10,257 nt of DNA from Archangium sp. (GTDB lineage: Bacteria; Myxococcota; Myxococcia; Myxococcales; Myxococcaceae). Position 1 is the stretch's first letter. The number at the start of each line of letters is the position of its first letter. The notes beneath the pieces were generated by a model, which searched no databases, was not told the origin of the DNA, and saw nothing but the letters and a program-made list of their open reading frames with translations. The position numbers and the translations under genes were made by a program. Of this stretch, positions 1 to 10,257 are shown piece after piece. The DNA lies in the NCBI GenBank assembly GCA_031367385.1, contig JANLPS010000127.1, positions 1 to 10,257 of the forward strand, in the 5' to 3' direction.

Positions 1-900
1 GTCGATGGCAACGTAATCGCGAACGCGAGCCTTGGCATCGGAGGCACCCTGCACGTGCCGCAAACCGCCGTGGTGAGCACCAGCTTCGTGACCGCGGCGA
101 GCACGATGCGCGGGCCGGTGGTGGTGCCCGAGCCGTGTGACTGCAGCGCGTCGCAGATCATACCCGTCGCGGCGATCGTCGAGGCGCGGCGCAACAACAA
201 TGACAACGCCAGCATTGGCTTGAACCCCAACGCGCTCGGCACCGCTTCGAGCCAGAAGCGCCTCGACTTGCCCTGCGGTCACTACTTCTTGAACAACATC
301 GCCGCCTCAGCCGGCGTGAGCATCGTCGCGCACGGCCGAACCATTCTCTACGTGGGAGGCGACGTGGTCTCGCAGGGCGGGCTGACCATCGCCGCCGATT
401 TGGGAGCCGAGCTCGACGTGTTCATCGAGGGCAACCTGTCATCGTCGGCCTCGCTGCGGTTGGGCAACGCGTTGGCTCCGGCGCGCACTCGCATCTATCT
501 GGCCAGCTCGCAGAAGCTGACCTTGAGCGCACAGCTCGAGTTGGGAGCGTTCTTGTACGCCCCTCGCACGCCGATCGAGACCAGCGGCGGCTTCGAGGCC
601 TTCGGCGGCGTCGTCTCGGCCAGCTTCACCAGCTCGGCTGACACCACCTTTCACTACGACCGCGCGGTGCTGAACGCCGGCGCGGAGTGCAAGGTGGGCG
701 CGGGTGATGGCGGAGTGTTGTTGCCCGACGGTGGGGTGGCACCGCCCGACGCGGGGTCGCCTCCGGTGTCGTGCACGACGTGCAACGACTGCGGCAACCA
801 GGCCTGCAACGCGGGCACCTGTGGCAAGTGCACCACCAACGCCGACTGCTGTTCGCCCTTGTTCTGCGGCGCTGACGGGGTCTGCGTGGGGCTCAACTAG
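1..900 (+). CDS. 5'-truncated myxobacterial Cys-rich protein, probably secreted (beta-rich body, DGG/Pro linker, 10-Cys C-terminal module; possibly DUF7305-like)
   Basis: Frame +1 is open from base 1 (VDGNVIANASLGIGGTLHVPQ...) to TAG at 898-900, so the true start lies upstream of the window and GTG at 55 is internal. Codons are strongly GC3-biased. The Gly/Ser/Ala/Val-rich body ends in FHYDRAVL, followed by the linker GAGDGGVLLPDGGVAPPDAG and the tail CTTCNDCGNQACNAGTCGKCTTNADCCSPLFCGADGVC. The family assignment is from recall only. Confidence 0.75.
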   Translation, partial: VDGNVIANASLGIGGTLHVPQTAVVSTSFVTAASTMRGPVVVPEPCDCSASQIIPVAAIVEARRNNNDNASIGLNPNALGTASSQKRLDLPCGHYFLNNIAASAGVSIVAHGRTILYVGGDVVSQGGLTIAADLGAELDVFIEGNLSSSASLRLGNALAPARTRIYLASSQKLTLSAQLELGAFLYAPRTPIETSGGFEAFGGVVSASFTSSADTTFHYDRAVLNAGAECKVGAGDGGVLLPDGGVAPPDAGSPPVSCTTCNDCGNQACNAGTCGKCTTNADCCSPLFCGADGVCVGLN

Positions 901-934
901 CGAGCGCGACACTGTGTGGTAGACCCAGCGGTCG

Positions 935-1660
935 GTGACGACCTCTCGCCTGACTCTCGCGCTGGCTCTGGCATGTGCTGCTTCGGTGGCGCAGGCCAAG
1001 CCAGCGGTCATCATCTTGGCGCCTGCGACCGCCGCAGTGGGCGATGTGGTCACGCTGGAGTCAGACGTCACCGATCGCGGTGAGGGTGACCTGGCCTTCT
1101 TGTGGCACCAAGCCGCTGGGGTGCCCGTGACGTTGAGGGGCCCCACCGAGCGCAGCACCAGCTTCACCGTGCCAGACGCCGCCGCGGGCACCCGAATGGT
1201 GTTCGAGCTCGTCATCTCTGATCACTTGAACTCGAGCGACCCGGCGTCGGCGAGCATCAGCATCGCGGGGTCGAACAAGCCCAACAACGACCCGATTGCG
1301 GTGCCGGGTGGGGCCATGACGGTGCTCGCCGGAGCGTCGGTGACGCTCGACGGTACCGGGAGCCACGACCCCGACAATGAGGTGCTGACCTACAGCTGGC
1401 AGCAGATCGCTGGGGCCGACAAAGCGGTGCTGACCGGGGCTGACACCGCCCGGGTGACGCTGACGGCGCCGAAGACCGTGACGCGCACCGAAGCGTTGAC
1501 CATTCGGTTGACGGTGACCGACCCCCAGGGTGCGACGGGCAGCGCCGCGGTGACGGTGACGGTCGAGCCTCGAGGGTGCGGGTGCGAGAGCGGGTCAGCG
1601 GGCTCGGTGGTGTGTGCCCTGCTGGCCCTGGCGTGGTTCGCGCGTCGACCGAGGGGCTGA
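935..1660 (+). CDS. PKD/Ig-like domain surface protein with C-terminal MYXO-CTERM sorting signal
   Basis: GTG start and Sec-type signal peptide (MTTSRLTLALALACAASVAQA|KP). Two related Ig-like repeats (FLWHQAAGVPVTL...TSFTVP...FELVISD and YSWQQIAGADKAVL...VTLTAP...IRLTVTD, the second with VTLDGTGSHDPD). The C-terminus RGCGCESGSAGSVVCALLALAWFARRPRG has the GC-x-C motif, hydrophobic segment and Arg cluster of MYXO-CTERM. Confidence 0.85.
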   Translation: MTTSRLTLALALACAASVAQAKPAVIILAPATAAVGDVVTLESDVTDRGEGDLAFLWHQAAGVPVTLRGPTERSTSFTVPDAAAGTRMVFELVISDHLNSSDPASASISIAGSNKPNNDPIAVPGGAMTVLAGASVTLDGTGSHDPDNEVLTYSWQQIAGADKAVLTGADTARVTLTAPKTVTRTEALTIRLTVTDPQGATGSAAVTVTVEPRGCGCESGSAGSVVCALLALAWFARRPRG

Positions 1661-1676
1661 GCTGACAAGCCAAAGG

Positions 1677-6272
<4,596 letters not shown>

Positions 6273-6311
6273 CGGCGAGCAGCCTCGACGTCGATGGCGT
6301 TAAGAAGCCGA
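6273..6311. promoter_or_regulatory. 39-bp divergent intergenic region shared by lhr and nei, with a central palindrome TCGACGTCGA (6285-6294)
   Basis: Lies between CAT (6270-6272, lhr start) and ATG (6312-6314, nei start). It contains a perfect 10-bp palindrome, and its ends are near-symmetric (CATCGGC...GCCGAATG). No clear sigma70 consensus is visible. A regulatory role is inferred from position. Confidence 0.45.
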
Positions 6312-7175
6312 ATGCCCGAGGGCGACACGCTCCACAACATTGCCAAGACGTTGCGGCCGGCGCTGGTCGGCAAGACCGTCACGCGCCTCGAGCTCGCGCG
6401 TCTCGCGGGTGACACGAGCGTGTTGGTCGGCACGAAGATCATCGAGGTCGAGGCCCAGGGCAAGAACCTGCTGGTGCGCTTTGATAACGGATTGGTGCTT
6501 CATACGCATTTGAAGATGCCAGGGGCCTGGCACCTCTATCGACCGGGGCAGTCATGGCGCCGCTCGCCTGGGGCCGCCCGAGTCGTGCTCGAGGTGGCCG
6601 ACTTTCAGGCCGTCTGTTTCAACGCGCCGGTCGTTCGCATTCTGAAGACCCAAGACCTGCGCCGCGACCGCCAGCTCGCCAACCTGGGCCCCGATCTGCT
6701 CGCCCCCAGCTTCGACATGGCCCGAGCACTTCAGGGCCTCCGCGCCATCGACGGCTGGCCGCTCGGTGTGGCGATCATGCACCAGGGTGCCATTTCTGGC
6801 ATCGGCAACGTCTACAAGAGCGAAGTGCTCTTCTTGGAGCAGCTCGACCCCTTCGAGCCGGTCTCGGCGTCTTCAGACCAGGCCCTCGAGCAGCTGCTGG
6901 TGCGAACGCGCGAGTTGATGAAGGTCAACGTGAACTTCGACGGCCCCGCGCCTGCGCAGATGCGCCGCACGACCCGCTTCGAAGGGGTGACCGACGGCAG
7001 CAAAGTCTGGGTCTATCGCCGCCGGGGCATGGCGTGTTTTCGCTGCGGCACCACCGTTCGCATGAAACGCCAGGGTGAAGCGACGCGGTCGACCTACTTC
7101 TGCCCCGCGTGCCAAGGCGTCTCGCCCGAGCGGCTCCGCGAGCTGTTCGAAAAAGAGCCCACATCGTTTGAATGA
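6312..7175 (+). CDS. nei: Fpg/Nei family DNA glycosylase/AP lyase (endonuclease VIII-like)
   Basis: The true start is set at ATG 6312 because it gives the family N-terminus MPEGDT (catalytic Pro2/Glu3). Also present are GKNLL (conserved Lys), HLKM.G.W, LGPDLL, the helix-two-turn-helix SGIGNVYKSEVLF, and a C4 zinc finger CFRC...RSTYFCPACQ. 287 aa. Confidence 0.93.
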   Translation: MPEGDTLHNIAKTLRPALVGKTVTRLELARLAGDTSVLVGTKIIEVEAQGKNLLVRFDNGLVLHTHLKMPGAWHLYRPGQSWRRSPGAARVVLEVADFQAVCFNAPVVRILKTQDLRRDRQLANLGPDLLAPSFDMARALQGLRAIDGWPLGVAIMHQGAISGIGNVYKSEVLFLEQLDPFEPVSASSDQALEQLLVRTRELMKVNVNFDGPAPAQMRRTTRFEGVTDGSKVWVYRRRGMACFRCGTTVRMKRQGEATRSTYFCPACQGVSPERLRELFEKEPTSFE

Positions 7176-7227
7176 CGCATTGCCACGGGTGGTTGAGCCC
7201 CTACGTTCGCGCAGGGGGATATGTTCG

Positions 7228-7965
7228 ATGGCACTGCAAATCATTCGAAGGGCGGTATCGAGCGTGGTTCGAAATGGGCCCCGGTGGGCGACGCGGTGGG
7301 CCTGGTTTCACCTGTCCGAGCGCCTGTGGGAGCGCCGCCTGCACGTGAGTACGGCCCGGCAGCAGCGGTTTCATGCGTCGGCCTACGCCCAAATGCCCGA
7401 GTCAGTGCCGTATGAGCCCTCACCGTATTTTCTGATCAACCGCGCCCTGCGGGCGTTGGGCAAGGGGTCAGCGAACGACGTCTTTCTCGACTACGGCTCA
7501 GGCATGGGCCGGGTCGTGCTGCGGGCGGCGATGGGGCCCTTCAAGCGGGTGATCGGCGTCGAGCTGATGCCGGCGCTGACCGACATCGCGAATCAGAACC
7601 TCGCCGGAGCGCGCTCGGTGGCCAGCCCGGTCGAATTCGTGACGGCCGACGCGACGCAGTACCGGGTGCCCGACGACGTGACCGTCATTCACCTCTTCAA
7701 CCCCTTCACCGGGCACGTGATGGCCGAGGTGCAAGCGCGAATTCGCGAATCGCTCGAGCGTGCCCCGCGGCGCCTGCGGGTGATCTACGCGCACTCCGAT
7801 GACCAGCAAGACCTCTTCGCGGGGTGCGACTGGCTGGAGCGGACCGCCGAGATCCCCACCGGGGTGATGTGGCGCATGAAGCTGGTGGTCTACGAGACGA
7901 AGGCCGCTGTTTCGCCTGGGGTTGCCCCGCCGCGACGCACTGAGCGCGCCACCGCGACGGCCTGA
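7228..7965 (+). CDS. Class I SAM-dependent methyltransferase, DOT1-like, substrate unknown
   Basis: Motif I VFLDYGSGMGRV, acidic post-I VIGVE, then DAT.Y..PDDVTVIHLFNPF, with YEPSPY upstream. The start is placed at ATG 7228 (MALQII), preceded by AGGGGG at 7213-7218. The 7075 start in the ORF track overlaps nei by about 100 nt. Confidence 0.82.
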   Translation: MALQIIRRAVSSVVRNGPRWATRWAWFHLSERLWERRLHVSTARQQRFHASAYAQMPESVPYEPSPYFLINRALRALGKGSANDVFLDYGSGMGRVVLRAAMGPFKRVIGVELMPALTDIANQNLAGARSVASPVEFVTADATQYRVPDDVTVIHLFNPFTGHVMAEVQARIRESLERAPRRLRVIYAHSDDQQDLFAGCDWLERTAEIPTGVMWRMKLVVYETKAAVSPGVAPPRRTERATATA

Positions 7966-7990
7966 TCAGCGAAGCGCGTTCGCCAATTCG

Positions 7991-8007
7991 TTGGCAAGGT
8001 TTTCGCA
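7991..8007 (+). promoter_or_regulatory. Putative sigma54 (-24/-12) promoter upstream of the phospholipase D gene
   Basis: TTGGCAAGGTTTTCGCA has GG at 7993-7994 and GC at 8005-8006, exactly 10 nt apart. It resembles the TGGCACG-N4-TTGC consensus and is intergenic and correctly oriented. Confidence 0.5.
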
Positions 8008-8019
8008 ACGAGGCGCGCC

Positions 8020-9174
8020 GTGAATTTTCGCCACGTCTGCGCTCTGACCCTGGTTGTCTTCGCCTCGTGTAAAGCGGCGCCCACCGAGAGCTTTCGGTTG
8101 CGCCTCGCTCCGTCTGAGACGGCCTCGGTCAAAGAGCTCTTGTTTCAGGGCATCGGTGCCGACCTGCGCACGGGGCACCAGGTCGCACTGGCCGAGAACG
8201 GCACGGTGTTCGACGTGATGATCGACGAGATCAACCACGCCGAGTCGAACGTCAACCTCATCACCTACATCTGGAAGAAGGGCGTCGCCTCAGACCGGGT
8301 CATCGCGGCGATCACCGGCCGTCGCGCCTCGGCGAAGATCAGCTGCAACATTCTGGTCGATGCGTTCGGTAGCCCTGAGTGGGTCGATGATTTGAAACCG
8401 CTCAAAGACGCCGGCTGCGAGGTGCGGGTCTTTCGTCAGCTGCCGGGTGTCGACCCGCTCGCTCGCAACCACCGCAAGATGCTGATCGTCGATGGCAAGG
8501 TCGCCGTGACCGGTGGCTTCGGCGTTCGCGACAACTGGCTGGGAGACGGCCTGAGCCCCGAGCATTGGCGCGACTCGAACCTGCGAATCGCCGGGCCCGC
8601 TGTGCATGACATGCAGCAGGCCTTCACCGCGAATTGGCTCGAAGCCGGAGGTGCACCTCTGCCGGCCCCCGCTTTCCCTCAGATCGAGCCCGCGGGCCCG
8701 GTCGTCGCGGCCTTCGTGCCAAGCGTCGGCGCGAGCGTCGGCACCGTGGCTGACCGGCTGACCCAACTGGCCATTCTGTCTGCGAAAAAACGGTTGTGGA
8801 TCACCAACGCCTATTTCGTACCGAACGGGTCGATCTACGACCTGCTGCGTGAGAAGGCCAAAGCCGGAGTCGATGTACGGCTCATCACCGCAGGCTCGAA
8901 GAGCGACTCGAAGCCCTCGTTCGCCATTCAGCAAACCGAGTACGGCGCGCTGAGGGCCGATGGCGTGAAGATCTGGGAGTACCAACCCGCGATGATTCAC
9001 TGCAAGACCATGCTGATTGACGATGATCTGGTGGTGGTGGGCTCGATCAACCTCGACCCGCTCTCGCTCAACAAGCTCGATGAGGTCGCGGTCGTGGCTC
9101 AAGACAAGGCCCTGGCTGCTCAGCTCGAGCGCAACTTCGTCAACGACGTCGAGCACTCCAAAGCCATACCCTGA
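8020..9174 (+). CDS. cls: Cardiolipin synthase-like phospholipase D (two HKD motifs), probable lipoprotein
   Basis: HKD1 RNHRKMLIVDGKVAVTGG (His at 8470) and HKD2 MIHCKTMLIDD....VGSINLD (His at 8998). Cls-type segments VDAFGS, WRDSNLRIAGPAV and LWITNAYFVP are present. The N-terminus MNFRHVCALTLVVFASC resembles a signal peptide II, and the two-TM ClsA N-terminus is absent. GTG start with GAGG at 8010-8013. Confidence 0.85.
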   Translation: MNFRHVCALTLVVFASCKAAPTESFRLRLAPSETASVKELLFQGIGADLRTGHQVALAENGTVFDVMIDEINHAESNVNLITYIWKKGVASDRVIAAITGRRASAKISCNILVDAFGSPEWVDDLKPLKDAGCEVRVFRQLPGVDPLARNHRKMLIVDGKVAVTGGFGVRDNWLGDGLSPEHWRDSNLRIAGPAVHDMQQAFTANWLEAGGAPLPAPAFPQIEPAGPVVAAFVPSVGASVGTVADRLTQLAILSAKKRLWITNAYFVPNGSIYDLLREKAKAGVDVRLITAGSKSDSKPSFAIQQTEYGALRADGVKIWEYQPAMIHCKTMLIDDDLVVVGSINLDPLSLNKLDEVAVVAQDKALAAQLERNFVNDVEHSKAIP

Positions 9175-9239
9175 CACCCAAGGTGTGGCGAAATGGCGTG
9201 GGGCAGTCTTGGCACCCGGCCCACTCCGGGGGAGAACCC

Positions 9240-9256
9240 CTGGTGCCTCAATTGCA
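9240..9256 (+). promoter_or_regulatory. Putative sigma54 (-24/-12) promoter upstream of the ypfJ-like gene
   Basis: CTGGTGCCTCAATTGCA has GG at 9242-9243 and GC at 9254-9255, 10 nt apart, with a canonical TTGCA -12 box. The predicted +1 is near 9267, leaving a leader of about 30 nt that includes the SD AAGGAG (9284-9289) before ATG 9297. Confidence 0.62.
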
Positions 9257-9296
9257 CTGACAAGACGCTCGTCAACACCCCTGAAGGAGCACCGCC

Positions 9297-10184
9297 ATGA
9301 AGTGGACCCCCGGCTATCGCAGCGATGACGTCGAAGTTCGCAAGGGCGAACAGGCCCCAATGCGCGGCATGGGCGGTGGCTTGGTCGGCAGCCTGCTGCC
9401 CTTCGTGATGTCGCGGTTCGGCCTGCCCGGCATGGTCGTGTTGGTGATCGGGTATTTTGTCTTCACCCACTTCTTCGCCGGTACCACGACCCAGCCCGAC
9501 GAGGCGGCGCCTGCGTCGCAGACCAGCGCGGCTCCGGGTTCACCCGACGTGCGAAACGACCCCAGGGTGCAATTCGTCAGCTTCGTGTTCGACGACATTC
9601 AGAGCAGCTGGACCAAGCGGTTCGGCGCCCAGGGTCAAAAGTACGCGCACTCCAAGCTGGTGCTCTTTACGAACGCGACGCAGACCGGGTGCGGGTACGG
9701 CGAGAGCGCCACCGGGCCGTTCTATTGCCCTCAAGATCGCGACGTGTACTTAGACCTGGGGTTCTTCAACGTGCTCGCCAAGCGCCTCGGCGCCAACGGT
9801 GACTTCGCCCAGGCGTACGTCATCGCCCATGAAGTGGGTCACCACGTGCAGAACCAGATGGGGCTCACCCAGGGCGCGTCGGGCCGCGGTGCGGTCGGTG
9901 CGAGCGGCGCCAGCGTGCGACTCGAGCTGCAAGCTGATTGCTTCGCGGGCATCTGGGCTCACGACACCGCCAAGCGCGATCTGCTCGAAGGTGGAGACCT
10001 CGAGGAGGCCCTCACCGCCGCGGGCTCGATCGGCGACGATACGCTGCAGCGAAAAGGGCAGGGCACCGTGCGGCCCGAGACCTTCACACACGGGTCATCG
10101 GCTCAGCGGGTCGCGTGGTTCAAGCAGGGCTACACCACCGGCGACGTCAACGGGTGCGACACGAACCGCAGTGCCATGCCGTAA
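9297..10184 (+). CDS. ypfJ: YpfJ-family neutral zinc metallopeptidase, membrane anchored
   Basis: Strong SD AAGGAG. N-terminal MKW...RSDDVE, a Gly-rich stretch and one TM segment (GLPGMVVLVIGYFVFTHFF). Family motifs TGCG...SATGPFYCP.D..VYLDLGFF, GDFAQAYVIAHEVGHHVQ (HExxH), LELQADCFAG, IGDD.LQ, PETFTHGSSAQR..WF..GY and a terminal CDT. Confidence 0.92.
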   Translation: MKWTPGYRSDDVEVRKGEQAPMRGMGGGLVGSLLPFVMSRFGLPGMVVLVIGYFVFTHFFAGTTTQPDEAAPASQTSAAPGSPDVRNDPRVQFVSFVFDDIQSSWTKRFGAQGQKYAHSKLVLFTNATQTGCGYGESATGPFYCPQDRDVYLDLGFFNVLAKRLGANGDFAQAYVIAHEVGHHVQNQMGLTQGASGRGAVGASGASVRLELQADCFAGIWAHDTAKRDLLEGGDLEEALTAAGSIGDDTLQRKGQGTVRPETFTHGSSAQRVAWFKQGYTTGDVNGCDTNRSAMP

Positions 10185-10257
10185 TGTTTGTAACTGGGCC
10201 CTGGGGCAGAGATAGTCCTCTGACGTGAGTCCCTCCAGGCCTGAACGAACCTACCGG

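Noticed and set aside
1661..1676. Bidirectional terminator between the convergent PKD gene and lhr
   Set aside because: The gap is only 16 bp, with no convincing stem-loop or U-tract.
7075..7227. Longer methyltransferase start overlapping nei, or a nei-methyltransferase frameshift fusion
   Set aside because: Nei is complete with its zinc finger and own stop codon. The extension reads like off-frame sequence, and ATG 7228 has an SD-like run. The A5 run near 7150 is too weak to argue for programmed frameshifting.
8290..9360. 356-aa minus-strand ORF, and similarly 439-1215
   Set aside because: Both are antisense shadows of well-supported genes and have no recognisable motifs.
10185..10257. Terminator, ncRNA or start of a next gene (GTG at 10225, MSPSRPERTYR...) after ypfJ
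   Set aside because: Only short stems such as CAGAG/CTCTG are present, with no U-tract. The possible ORF is 11 codons at the window edge with no SD, which is too little to call.

Overview
GC-rich bacterial chromosomal segment, very probably from a myxobacterium (Myxococcota), judged from a MYXO-CTERM-like tail, Cys-rich/DGG-linker protein architecture and sigma54-type motifs. From left to right it holds: (1) the 3' part of a Cys-rich, probably secreted protein; (2) a small surface protein made of two PKD/Ig-like domains plus a MYXO-CTERM anchor; (3) a long-form (1531 aa) Lhr SF2 helicase on the minus strand; (4) an Fpg/Nei-family DNA glycosylase set head-to-head with lhr across only 39 bp; (5) a DOT1-like class I SAM methyltransferase; (6) a two-HKD cardiolipin-synthase-like phospholipase D with a probable lipoprotein signal; (7) a YpfJ-family zinc metallopeptidase. 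Correctly spaced -24/-12 (sigma54) motifs precede the last two genes. I see no rRNA, tRNA, CRISPR array or mobile element. The most notable point is the divergent lhr/nei repair module, a variant of the co-oriented lhr-nei2 pairing known from mycobacteria. The window looks mostly like core and envelope genome, and I cannot support a claim of a wholly new system from the sequence alone.
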